Below are positions 14,712 to 23,309 of a DNA stretch of 38,676 nt, piece after piece. The DNA is taken from IMG/VR virus record IMGVR_UViG_3300009100_000008, one strand, 5' to 3'. The position numbers and the translations under genes are program-made. The notes under the pieces are model-generated. The model did not search any database. It saw only the letters and a program-made list of their open reading frames with translations, and was not told where the DNA came from. The first letter of the stretch is position 1; each line of letters opens with the position of its first letter. The DNA is from a virus.

Positions 14712-15659
14712 CTACGGGGTGTCGGGTGTGGGGTCGGTGGCGCCGTGCACGAGGGCTTCGGCGACGGCGGTCTGCGCGCCGCGTTCCACTGCGGCGAGCA
14801 CGGCGGCCGGGTCTTGGCCGTTGGTCTGCGCGAGGGTGGACACGGCGGAGGTGAGCGCGGCGAGCTGCTTGGCCTGCTCCCAGAACTGGCGGGCCAGCCA
14901 CAGCACCGGCTTGCCGCCCTCAGTGGTTTGCGTCGGGCCGGCGATCCGCTTGCCCTCGGTGCTCAACGCGTGCAGCTCGGCGAGCTGCTTGGCCTGCTCT
15001 GGGGTCATGTCGTCCTCCTCGGGGGTCTGTCCGGTGTGGTGCGCCCAGAAATCGGCGAGCAGCGTCGAGCGCTTCGTTTCCCAGCCGGGCATGATGCTGA
15101 TGTGCAGGTGGTGGTCGCCGGAGCTGGTCGGCACCCAGCCGGCGTCGCGGTGGTAGTGCAGGCCCAACACGTTGAAGTACTTGATCTCGCCGGCGCGGCC
15201 GGCGTGCAGCTCGGCGAGCAGCCAGTCCCGCAGCGCGGCGAGGATGGCGTCGGCGGCGCCGATGTCGATCGCGTACACCCAACCGGCCGCGGGGTAGGTG
15301 CGCACCCCGTTGATCAGGACGCTGTGTGTGGAGCGGCTGGTGTGGTCGCCGGCGTACGGCTTGTTCCAGTGCGAGTTGTCGCCGAGGATGCCCAGCAAGC
15401 TGAACTCGGCGCGCTCGTCGACGAACCGGTCGAAGTCGACGATGGGGCCGGCCGGCCGCCACGTGACGAGCCGGTCGTAGTACGGGTCCCAGAACGTGCC
15501 GCCGGTCGGGCTGACCAGCCCGGCGACCTGGAGCGCGGCCGGCGCTTCGATCAGCGGCGCGTCGAGGTCGGCGTAGACGTCGCAGCAGCCGCCGGTGGCG
15601 AAGCCCCGGACGATCGCCGCGAACTGGTCGAGCTCGTCGAGGGTGTACGTGTCGACCAC
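14712..15659 (-). CDS. Putative endolysin (315 aa), possible Zn-dependent peptidoglycan hydrolase
   Basis: GTG 15659 is preceded by GGGAGG. It lies next to a 3-TM holin-like gene. It carries His/Asp motifs (DHTSRSTHS, AIDIG, GDHHLHIS). The catalytic class is not established. Confidence 0.45.
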   Translation of the reverse strand: MVDTYTLDELDQFAAIVRGFATGGCCDVYADLDAPLIEAPAALQVAGLVSPTGGTFWDPYYDRLVTWRPAGPIVDFDRFVDERAEFSLLGILGDNSHWNKPYAGDHTSRSTHSVLINGVRTYPAAGWVYAIDIGAADAILAALRDWLLAELHAGRAGEIKYFNVLGLHYHRDAGWVPTSSGDHHLHISIMPGWETKRSTLLADFWAHHTGQTPEEDDMTPEQAKQLAELHALSTEGKRIAGPTQTTEGGKPVLWLARQFWEQAKQLAALTSAVSTLAQTNGQDPAAVLAAVERGAQTAVAEALVHGATDPTPDTP

Positions 15660-15670
15660 AGCGTGCCTCC

Positions 15671-16027
15671 CTATCTCGCGCTGTTGTGCGACTGGGCGAC
15701 CCGCCGCTTCTCGCGGCGGTAGCGCAGCCACATCCGGACGAGGTTGAACACCGTGGCGTCGATGACGACGAGGAACGAGATGGCGATGGCCTGCCGGTAC
15801 CACGGCGGGGTGCGTAGCGATCCGTCGATCAGCGCGGTGACGAACGACAGCAGCGACAGCGCGTACAGAGCGGCGACGACGGTGGGCCAGCCGCGCGCGT
15901 TCCGCGCCAGGTCGGACCGCAGCCGCGTCGGACGATAGCTGAACAGGAAGTAGACGGCCGCCGTAAAGCCGCTCAGCAGCAGCGTGCCGTAGACCGTCCA
16001 GTAGACGACCTGGTAGGCGGTCATCAC
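15671..16027 (-). CDS. Holin-like membrane protein (118 aa, 3 predicted TM, basic C-terminus)
   Basis: VVYWTVYGTLLLSGFTAAVYFLF, WPTVVAALYALSLLSFVTALI, AIAISFLVVIDATVFNLV, then RYRREKRR. It lies immediately upstream of the endolysin candidate. Confidence 0.6.
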   Translation of the reverse strand: MMTAYQVVYWTVYGTLLLSGFTAAVYFLFSYRPTRLRSDLARNARGWPTVVAALYALSLLSFVTALIDGSLRTPPWYRQAIAISFLVVIDATVFNLVRMWLRYRREKRRVAQSHNSAR

Positions 16028-16224
16028 GCGTGCCTCCGATAGGCGTCCAGCAGCATCTCCCCGAACCCGTTGGCTTCCCGATGGGCACGCATCAGGGCAG
16101 CCTGCTGCTTGGCCTCCCGCTCCGCCCGCTTCGCCCGCACCAGCGCGGCCTCGGCTTCAGCCAGCTTCTCTCTGGCTTCGGGCGTGGACTGTGGCGTCCG
16201 CCGGCGGAACGGGTTCCAGATCAC
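16024..16224 (-). CDS. Small basic coiled-coil protein (66 aa)
   Basis: Track ORF with a start/stop overlap at both ends. EAREKLAEAEAALVRAKRAEREAKQQAALMRAHRE. Confidence 0.5.
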   Translation of the reverse strand: MIWNPFRRRTPQSTPEAREKLAEAEAALVRAKRAEREAKQQAALMRAHREANGFGEMLLDAYRRHA

Positions 16225-16478
16225 GTCGTCAGTCCCTTCCGGAACGAATCGATCGCGGCGAGGAACGTGCGGCCCTGTTCCAGGTGCTCGGCGTTGTTCT
16301 TCTCGGCGATCTTCAGCGTCTCGGCCAGGACGTCAGCGCGCTTCTCCGCGTCCTCCGCCCGCTTACGAAGGTCGTCGGCGTGCGGCTTCGTGACGACGAT
16401 CCCGCGGACGAACATCACGATCAGCACACCGGCCAAGCCGAGGTTGAGCAGTGGCGACCACATCGCCATTTCGTTCAC
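16221..16478 (-). CDS. N-terminally anchored coiled-coil membrane protein (85 aa)
   Basis: GTG 16478 is preceded by AGGTGG. WSPLLNLGLAGVLIVMFVRGIVV, then DDLRKRAEDAEKRADVLAETLKIAEKNN. Confidence 0.55.
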   Translation of the reverse strand: MNEMAMWSPLLNLGLAGVLIVMFVRGIVVTKPHADDLRKRAEDAEKRADVLAETLKIAEKNNAEHLEQGRTFLAAIDSFRKGLTT

Positions 16479-16514
16479 ATGCCACCTGTTTCTGTGACCC
16501 GGCGTCCAATGAGG

Positions 16515-17015
16515 TCAGACGTCATAGCGCAGTCGCATCACGAAGGTGTCCAGCTGCGCCCACGTGATCGGCCCGGTAGCGGACACCAGCGTCGTAGCGC
16601 CGGTGCCGTGGATACCGAACACGGTGTTGGCGCCGTGGATCATCGAGCCGTGGTACCGGGTGCCGGCGGAGTTGTCGGTGGCCGTCCACAGCCCTGCCGG
16701 CGCGGTGCCGACCTGCGCACCCTGCCGGGCGGCGATCGGCAGCGACCACGACCAGAACCCGGAACCGAAGGTGGTGGTGCTGCCCATGGTCATGCCGATC
16801 GTCAGGTCGACCTGTTTCCCGAGGCGCACGTACCAGCCGTTCATGCCGCCGTTGCCGATCACCGGGTTCGTCGTGCTGCCCGTCCACGCGGGCGAGTGGG
16901 AACCCATCGGCTGGCCGGTGTAGAACTCGTTGGTCTGGTCGCGGATCTCGGCGTTCATCATCGCCGCGGTCACGATCTCGCCGGAGGTCCACGTGCGTGG
17001 TGCACCGACAGGCAT
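16515..17015 (-). CDS. Minor tail / fibre-like protein (166 aa)
   Basis: ATG 17015 is preceded by GGGGGA. Gly/Thr-rich beta-type sequence. It is the last structural gene before the lysis cassette. Confidence 0.5.
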   Translation of the reverse strand: MPVGAPRTWTSGEIVTAAMMNAEIRDQTNEFYTGQPMGSHSPAWTGSTTNPVIGNGGMNGWYVRLGKQVDLTIGMTMGSTTTFGSGFWSWSLPIAARQGAQVGTAPAGLWTATDNSAGTRYHGSMIHGANTVFGIHGTGATTLVSATGPITWAQLDTFVMRLRYDV

Positions 17016-17024
17016 CCGTCCCCC

Positions 17025-18923
17025 TCAGTAGGCGAGCTTGGTGTCGACGCCGAGCTGGCTGGTGCCGAGCACCCAGAAGCTGCCGGCCCACACCTGTGGG
17101 CTGGTGTTGAATGTGATGTTGATTCCGTCCACCGAGATGGATTCCGCCAGCCCCTCAATCCATTGATTGCCAATCGGCGGCGCATCCGAGGAAAGGCCGG
17201 ATGTGGCGATGTAGCTGTTGATTCCCAGGTCAATGAGGTTGTTGATCTGCCCGGAATCGAATGTGAGGACTTCGGCGTACAGCTGCCGCATTCGCACTTT
17301 CGGTGCGGCGTATCCGGCGACAATCGCAGTTGCCCGGTCGAATGCCTGATTGTCGTCGGAGTACGGGTATTCCTCGGCCGGGTTGATGTACTGGCCGCGG
17401 GCGGTGATGCTGGCCGAGTCCACCACCCGGAACGACCCGCCGCCGGTGCGGGCCACGGTGGCGTCGTTGACCAGCCGGGCCTGGTCGTCCATGCGGAACG
17501 CCGGGCCTCCAGCCATGTGGTCGCTGGCCACAGCGAACGTGAACGCGGGCGAGGGCGGGTTGAGCCGGCGGGAGCGGGAGTGGAACATCATCCTGCCGTC
17601 GCCCCGGAAGAACACCAGCCCGTCCTCGGCAGCCTCGGCCAGGTTGATGACCGACAGCGGTGTCTGCCCCACCAGCGGCAGCACGCCGAGTGTGCTCATG
17701 CCGCTGTCGAAAGTGGAGAACCAGTCGTTGGTGGGAACGCCGGCGTAGGAGGCCACCTTGGACACCACGGTGGCCGCGGTAGCGCCGGAGAACGCCGTGG
17801 TGCCGGCGGTGTTCTGGTCCTGCGCGGCGGCCTGGAGGATCGCGGTGGTGTACACGGCGGCGTGGGAGATCACGCCGTCGAAGAACTCCCCGACCGCGAC
17901 CGTGTTCGCGGTCTTCGTGAACGTGGGGCAGGTGCCGCCGGTGTACAACACACCGTCCACGTAGAGCTTGAGGCTCTGGCCGGGGACGGCGACGAGTACC
18001 ACGTGGTAGGTGCGGTCGATCGACACGTCGGGGCCGTTGACGTCAGCGAAGTTCACCACGGGCACGTCGGTGATGTAGGCGTAGATCGAGCCGGCCGCCG
18101 TGAGCGTGATCTGCACGCCGAACGAACCGGCGGTGAGCAGCCCGACGAGGGTGCCTTGACTGTTGGACGGCACCGCCCGCACCGAGAACCAGCACGAAAT
18201 CGTCAGCGGCGTGCCCGACGTCGGGCCGTAGTTCAGGGCGGCGGCCAGCGTTGCTCGCAAGTAGCTGTAGCCGACGACCTGCCCGAAGGTGTCGAGCACC
18301 GGCTCGAACGACGGGGCGGTGAGCCCGTCGGTACCCGGTCCGGTCCCGGCGCCGAACCGGATCTTGCCGCCGGAGACCGCGGTGACCGCCAGCGAGGACT
18401 GCGGCAGGACCGTCACCGACGCACCCGAGGTCGAACCCTCCGGCTCCCCGAGGGGCCAGTAGCCCGACGGGGCGGAGGTCAGCGTCTGCTCCTCCGGCCA
18501 GGACCGCAGCGGGCCGCGGTTCAACCGGGCCAGGCGGTCGGTGGCTGTGACCGTGACGACCTTGTGCGCTGGGGCTTGCGCCCATTCGCCGATGTCGTAG
18601 GCGTCGATGATGCCGGTGAACCGGCGGGAGATGTGGCCGCTGTTGTCCAGCGTCACCCGCAGGTACCGGCCCGGTTCCACGTTCGGGTAGTACGGCGATG
18701 ATGCATACCCGGGGGTGAAGCGGCCGTCGGTGTTGTCCAGCACGAGCGAACACGTCGAGGCTTGCACGCGGGAGTACTCGTCCTGGCGGCCGGAGCGGAT
18801 GTCGATCGGCGACCCGTCGCCAGTGGTGAGCACGCAGGCCGTCACATCGGTCCAGGTCTGCGCGTCCATGTTCACCGTGGGCAGGGTCGTGTAGGCGATC
18901 TCGACCTTGAACGTGACGGCCAC
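17025..18923 (-). CDS. Distal-tail (Dit)-like N-terminus fused to a LamG/concanavalin-like domain and C-terminal extension (632 aa)
   Basis: N-terminus FKVEIAY...WTDVTACVL...IDIRSGRQDEYSRVQASTCSLVLDNTDGRFTPG...RRFTGIIDAY is Dit-like. YHVVLVAVPGQSLKLYVDGVLY...FDGVISHAAVYTTAL is LamG-like. Confidence 0.6.
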   Translation of the reverse strand: MAVTFKVEIAYTTLPTVNMDAQTWTDVTACVLTTGDGSPIDIRSGRQDEYSRVQASTCSLVLDNTDGRFTPGYASSPYYPNVEPGRYLRVTLDNSGHISRRFTGIIDAYDIGEWAQAPAHKVVTVTATDRLARLNRGPLRSWPEEQTLTSAPSGYWPLGEPEGSTSGASVTVLPQSSLAVTAVSGGKIRFGAGTGPGTDGLTAPSFEPVLDTFGQVVGYSYLRATLAAALNYGPTSGTPLTISCWFSVRAVPSNSQGTLVGLLTAGSFGVQITLTAAGSIYAYITDVPVVNFADVNGPDVSIDRTYHVVLVAVPGQSLKLYVDGVLYTGGTCPTFTKTANTVAVGEFFDGVISHAAVYTTAILQAAAQDQNTAGTTAFSGATAATVVSKVASYAGVPTNDWFSTFDSGMSTLGVLPLVGQTPLSVINLAEAAEDGLVFFRGDGRMMFHSRSRRLNPPSPAFTFAVASDHMAGGPAFRMDDQARLVNDATVARTGGGSFRVVDSASITARGQYINPAEEYPYSDDNQAFDRATAIVAGYAAPKVRMRQLYAEVLTFDSGQINNLIDLGINSYIATSGLSSDAPPIGNQWIEGLAESISVDGINITFNTSPQVWAGSFWVLGTSQLGVDTKLAY

Positions 18924-18927
18924 GGCG

Positions 18928-20883
18928 CTACGCCAGCCCCAGTGCGGCGCCGCCGTTGCGGGCCTTGATCCGCAGCAGCTGCTGCTGCAGCACCTTGCCG
19001 TCGGGCGCGACCAGGTTGACGGTCAGGTTGATCGCCCCGCCGATCCCGCCGAGGGCGTGGTTCGGGATGATCCGACCAGCGACACCAGGTACGAACAGTT
19101 CCGGGCCGCGTTCGCCGACGATGGCCGGGCCGGTGATCGGGCCGCCAGAGGCCAGGAACGGGATGCCGAACGACGGCAGCGACGGCAGGTTCGACAGGGC
19201 GCCACGGATGGCTTGACCGGCGGCCTTGGCGGCGCCGACGACCCTGTTGAGGATCCGCGTCAGGTCGCTGATGAGCTGGATCGCCATGGACACCCCGTCG
19301 ATCAGCGCCATCAACGCACCACCAGCGAAGGCGATTACCGCCCGCGCTGTCGCGCCGCCGAGCACCGCCGCGACCTTGGCGAACCCTTCGACCATGCGCG
19401 CCCCGCCGCGGACGATCTGGTCAATCTGCGGCTTGTTGCGCTGGTAGGCCGCGGTCAGTCGGTCGATCGCGGGCATCACCTGGCCGCGGATGCTCGCCGA
19501 GATCTGGTCGAAAACCTGCCGCAGCTGGCCGCGCACGAAGTCCGCGACGCGCTGCATGGCCGGCACGACGTGCTGCGTCCACATCTGGCCCAGATGCCGC
19601 ACGATCGGCGACACCTTCTGTCCGATCTGCTCGGACATCGGGATCAGATCGGTGCGGATCCAGTTGGCCAGGTCGCGCACCGCGCCGACCGCGGCGCCGC
19701 CGAGCACCCGAGCCGTCGCGTCGACGGCCTGCCGCAGCGGCGCAATCCGGGTGTAGGCCAGGTAAGCGACCGCACCCAGCACGGCCAGCACCGCCACGAC
19801 GGCGCCGACCGGAGTGGCCACCATCGACAGCACCGACCCGAGTGCGGTCACGATCGACACCACCGCGGCCACACCGGCGACCACAGGGCCGACGCGGGAC
19901 AGCACGTCGAAGACCCGCTGGAGGATCTGCTGGCCGCGTTCGGAGTTGACGAACCCGGCGATGGCGGCGGTGATGCGTTCGATGGTGTCGAGCAGGGTCT
20001 GCCCACCGTCGGCGGCACCGAACAGCCCGGCGATCGCCCGAGTGACGTTGCCGAGGATTCGGCCGAGCGTGCCGAGGGTGTCCAGCGCGTTGTCGATCCA
20101 TCGCCCGAGGGCGCCGGACTTGGTCACCCGGTCGACGCCGTCAGCGAACCGGTCGATCATGCCGGCCAAACCACCGGCGACCCGCTCCAGGCCGGGTCCG
20201 GCAGCCTTGCCGATCTGGAGGAACGCGCGGGTGACCTTGGCCGGGGCGAGGACGAGCTTCTCCAGCGCACGGTTCACCGAGGAGAAGATCGACGACAGAA
20301 GCTCGCCGGCCTCGCCGCCAGACAGGAACACGCCCATCTGGTGCACGGCGTCACCGAGTGGGCCGATGATCCCGTGCAGTCCGGCGCTGATCCGCGGCAG
20401 GAGGTTGTCCGCCACGCGAGTCAGGTCGCCGGAGAACGCCTCGAAAAACTGCTCCTGCACGGCCTGCTTGAGGGCACGCAGTTGCGGGATGAGGGCGATG
20501 CCCTCCTTGACGAACCCGCGGGCTGCCGGCGTCAGCTTGCCCAGGGCCTCGGCGAGCTTCTCGGCATCGCCGGACGCGGCAGCCTCGAACGCCTCCGCCA
20601 CTCCGGAGGTGGCGAGCTTGAGCGCGGCGATCGCGCCGACCACCCCGAACAGCGCAGGCACAGCGATCGCGGCAGCCGGTGCGGTGGAGGCGATCGCGGT
20701 GACCAGGCCGAGGATTTGCGGCAGCGCCGAGGCGAGGCCGGCGCCGAGGGCCACCTTCGCGCCGATCAGCGACACCGCGGCCAGGCGGGCACCCATGCGT
20801 TCGGCCGTATCCGCGACGCGGTCGAACACCCGGGAGGCGTTGTCGTCGGCGTCGACGTCGAAGCCCATCCGGTTACGCGCCAC
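18928..20883 (-). CDS. Tape measure protein (651 aa)
   Basis: GTG 20883 is preceded by GGGGGG. Long Ala/Gly/Leu-rich helical protein with hydrophobic segments. It lies directly after the chaperone pair. Confidence 0.8.
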   Translation of the reverse strand: MARNRMGFDVDADDNASRVFDRVADTAERMGARLAAVSLIGAKVALGAGLASALPQILGLVTAIASTAPAAAIAVPALFGVVGAIAALKLATSGVAEAFEAAASGDAEKLAEALGKLTPAARGFVKEGIALIPQLRALKQAVQEQFFEAFSGDLTRVADNLLPRISAGLHGIIGPLGDAVHQMGVFLSGGEAGELLSSIFSSVNRALEKLVLAPAKVTRAFLQIGKAAGPGLERVAGGLAGMIDRFADGVDRVTKSGALGRWIDNALDTLGTLGRILGNVTRAIAGLFGAADGGQTLLDTIERITAAIAGFVNSERGQQILQRVFDVLSRVGPVVAGVAAVVSIVTALGSVLSMVATPVGAVVAVLAVLGAVAYLAYTRIAPLRQAVDATARVLGGAAVGAVRDLANWIRTDLIPMSEQIGQKVSPIVRHLGQMWTQHVVPAMQRVADFVRGQLRQVFDQISASIRGQVMPAIDRLTAAYQRNKPQIDQIVRGGARMVEGFAKVAAVLGGATARAVIAFAGGALMALIDGVSMAIQLISDLTRILNRVVGAAKAAGQAIRGALSNLPSLPSFGIPFLASGGPITGPAIVGERGPELFVPGVAGRIIPNHALGGIGGAINLTVNLVAPDGKVLQQQLLRIKARNGGAALGLA

Positions 20884-20887
20884 GATT

Positions 20888-21450
20888 TCACCCCCCGCTC
20901 TTGGCGTTGTCCTGGATGCGGTCGATCGCCGCGCACGCGGCCTCGAAGTCGACCCACGTCAGCAGGTCCAGCTCCCACGGCCGGATGTGGAAGTAGTGCG
21001 CGATGGCCAGCCCGTACTTCTCGGCCTTGGCGTCTACGTCGTCGGCGGCTGGGCGCCGTCGGTAGGGTCCGGCGCCGGCACCCCGTCGGCATCGACCTCG
21101 GCGGGCGGCTCGTTCTCGCCCTGGTCGAATGTGGACAGCAGGCTGCACTCGTCGATGTCGGTGTAGCGGATGTCGAGGTGCCCGCCGCGGCGGATCGCCA
21201 GGTATGCCACGGCCTGCAAGGCGTCGGGGTCCAGCTCCTTGAAGGCGGCGAACCACTCCCGGACGGTGAAGCCGGTCAGCTTCTTCACCGACCGGGCCTC
21301 TGCGAAGGTGATCCGCTTGATGTCGATCTCCAGCGGCTCGCATGGGATGCCGAGCCGGGCGGCGTCCTGCTCGTCCAGGTGCACCGCCATCACGGTGCTG
21401 GCCGGCTTGGTCGCCTTGCCGGCGGCGGCGGGCTCGGTTGGTTCGGTCAT
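20888..21450 (-). CDS. Tail assembly chaperone, long (G-T-like) form via a -1 frameshift; shift site not located
   Basis: The -1 frame stays open past the G stop. It encodes ...DDVDAKAEKYGLAIAHYFHIRPWELDLLTWVDFEAACAAIDRIQDNAKSGG with near-total G/C at codon position 3 and no in-frame ATG/GTG/TTG. It stops 5 nt before the tape measure start. Confidence 0.55.
21034..21450 (-). CDS. Tail assembly chaperone, short (G-like) form (138 aa)
   Basis: ATG 21450 overlaps the upstream stop (ATGA). Acidic C-terminus. Located just upstream of the tape measure gene. Confidence 0.65.
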   Translation of the reverse strand: MTEPTEPAAAGKATKPASTVMAVHLDEQDAARLGIPCEPLEIDIKRITFAEARSVKKLTGFTVREWFAAFKELDPDALQAVAYLAIRRGGHLDIRYTDIDECSLLSTFDQGENEPPAEVDADGVPAPDPTDGAQPPTT

Positions 21451-21995
21451 CGTGTGATCCTGTCCGCTGTGTCTTGGAGGGCCTGCTGGACGGCTGCGGC
21501 GAACTGGCGTTCGTCGCTGCGGATGGTGGCGCCGAACCACGGCCGGCCGGTGCGTTGCCGCACCCACACCTCGGCGTTGCCGTACACGGGGTGCCGCCAC
21601 CGGGCTTGCTGGTCGAGGTAGGCCGGCAGCCGCCACTGCTCCACCGGCAGGCGCGACACGCGCACCTCGAAGCGCACCCCTGGCCGCTTGCCGCGGGTGC
21701 GGGTGGCGATGCGGGTCGCGTCAGCAACTGCGGCGCGCAGGCCACGGCCGCCGCGCTGCTGCCGCCCGCCGCCCGCCACGCCCTTGGAGGGGATCGACCG
21801 GACCGCGGCCCGCACCTTGCGCAGCGTGCGGGAGCCCTGCTGCCTGATGCGCTTTTCCAGGTCGGCACGCAGATGCCCGTGCCCGGCGGCGTGCAGCGCG
21901 GCGACGACGCGTTCCAGTCCCCCATCGGAACTGATCGTGACGTCGGCGATCCGCGGCGAGGTGCGACGCCGCGGCGCCCGGGGAGCACGAGCCAC
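21447..21995 (-). CDS. HK97 gp10-like tail/neck component (182 aa)
   Basis: GTG 21995. Basic protein with ...WRHPVYGNAEVWVRQRTGRPWFGATI, reminiscent of the HK97 gp10 family. Confidence 0.4.
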   Translation of the reverse strand: MARAPRAPRRRTSPRIADVTISSDGGLERVVAALHAAGHGHLRADLEKRIRQQGSRTLRKVRAAVRSIPSKGVAGGGRQQRGGRGLRAAVADATRIATRTRGKRPGVRFEVRVSRLPVEQWRLPAYLDQQARWRHPVYGNAEVWVRQRTGRPWFGATIRSDERQFAAAVQQALQDTADRITR

Positions 21996-21998
21996 GGT

Positions 21999-23033
21999 CT
22001 ACAGGGTGGTGTCGACGGAGTCGTACACGAGCTGGATGACGGCGTTGGTGCCGTCGTCGTAGGCCGTCAGCTTCGAGTCGTTGGACAGCACCTCGGGGCC
22101 GGCGACGTTGGGCACGCCCTCGTCGAACTTCATCGCCGACAGCATCAGCCGCAGCTGCGCGAAGTTGCTGGTGCCGACGTCGACGGCGCCGGTGAACACG
22201 AACTCCAGCGGCGTGGAGGCGTCGGACTTGAACCGGTCGTAGATCTGCGTCTTGTCGGCGAACTCGCCCTTGAGGTCCACGGTGTACTGCCGCATGCCGT
22301 TCTCGATCTGCGCGGCCTTGAGCCCACCGGAGCCGGCGAACACCCGGTCGGTGGCCAGCGGCGTCACACCCTTGATCGTGAACCCGGTACAGCCGGCCAG
22401 CGGCGAGCTGCCCGCCAACGTCGCCAGCCCCGACGCGGTGCTCACCGTGCCGCCGACGTTGACCGCGAGCTGCTCGAAGCCGAACATCTCCACGTTGGTC
22501 GTCACGAACGAGGCCACCGCGAGGGACTGGGCGTCGTCTTCGGCGCGGCTGTCCAGCGACAGCTTCAGCGTCAGGTTGCCGTCGACCTCACACGACAGCT
22601 CCCAGTCCGGCACCTTCACGCCGGGGTAGGAGTACGCCTTCACCACGCCGTCGCTCTGCGGCCGGCCGAGCTGCCACGACATGGAGCGGCCGGTGAACTC
22701 CCCGGGGATGTGGATCTGGCGCCACAGCGGCGTGACGCCGATCTGCGTCGGCCCGGGCGTCGTGGTGCCGAGCAGGTTCTGCCAGATCAGCCCAAACGTC
22801 CGGGAGGCGACGTCGACCTCAACGTCACCGGCCGCAGCGCGGCGCGTCACCACCCGACGGGCGGCGCGGGCAACCCGGCCGCAGGCCCGGATGCCTTCGC
22901 TGACCCGGGTCGTCTTGTCCTGCTTGAGGCTCTCCTGGTTGAACTCCAGGAACTTCGTCGACGCGACGAACGTGCCGAAGGTGGATTCCGGCGCGAAGCC
23001 GAGCTGTCCACACAGGCCGGAACCGGTGCCCAT
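21999..23033 (-). CDS. Major tail (tube) protein candidate (344 aa)
   Basis: ATG 23033 is preceded by GAGGAG. Beta-rich sequence. Its position is upstream of the chaperone/tape-measure block. Confidence 0.5.
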   Translation of the reverse strand: MGTGSGLCGQLGFAPESTFGTFVASTKFLEFNQESLKQDKTTRVSEGIRACGRVARAARRVVTRRAAAGDVEVDVASRTFGLIWQNLLGTTTPGPTQIGVTPLWRQIHIPGEFTGRSMSWQLGRPQSDGVVKAYSYPGVKVPDWELSCEVDGNLTLKLSLDSRAEDDAQSLAVASFVTTNVEMFGFEQLAVNVGGTVSTASGLATLAGSSPLAGCTGFTIKGVTPLATDRVFAGSGGLKAAQIENGMRQYTVDLKGEFADKTQIYDRFKSDASTPLEFVFTGAVDVGTSNFAQLRLMLSAMKFDEGVPNVAGPEVLSNDSKLTAYDDGTNAVIQLVYDSVDTTL

Positions 23034-23036
23034 GGT

Positions 23037-23300
23037 CTACTCCTCATCCCGCGCCGCGCGGCGCCTGCTCGTGGTGGGCCGCGTCGGCGGCTCCTCGCCG
23101 GGCTGCTCGTCGGCGCCCGGCTCGTCGACGGCCGGCGGCCGGGGGTCGTCCTCGATGCGCCACAGCGCCTCGGGCCAGGCGTAGTCGGTCAACAGCTGGG
23201 CGGGCATGGCGCACAGCTCCTCGGGCTCGACCACTCGGCCCAGTAGCGGCACCTCGTGGGGCTCGGTCCCGAGGAACCGGACACGGGCGATCTGCGGCAT
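23037..23300 (-). CDS. Small acidic/Pro-rich structural-module protein (87 aa)
   Basis: Track ORF, ATG 23300. Confidence 0.45.
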   Translation of the reverse strand: MPQIARVRFLGTEPHEVPLLGRVVEPEELCAMPAQLLTDYAWPEALWRIEDDPRPPAVDEPGADEQPGEEPPTRPTTSRRRAARDEE

Positions 23301-23309
23301 CTCTCGCTC

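Noticed and set aside
14712-16088. 458-aa version of the endolysin ORF
   Set aside because: The upstream 143 codons overlap the well-formed 3-TM holin-like gene in another frame and are Arg/Pro-rich. GTG 15659 with GGGAGG is the credible start.
16191-21621. Very long plus-strand ORFs (836 aa at 16191-18701, 904 aa at 18907-21621; also 634 aa at 21342-23246 and 718 aa at 30830-32986)
   Set aside because: They are antisense shadows of the minus-strand tail, tape-measure and terminase genes. Their products are Arg/Gly/Pro/His-rich with no motifs, whereas the opposite strand gives recognisable structural proteins with RBSs and start/stop coupling.
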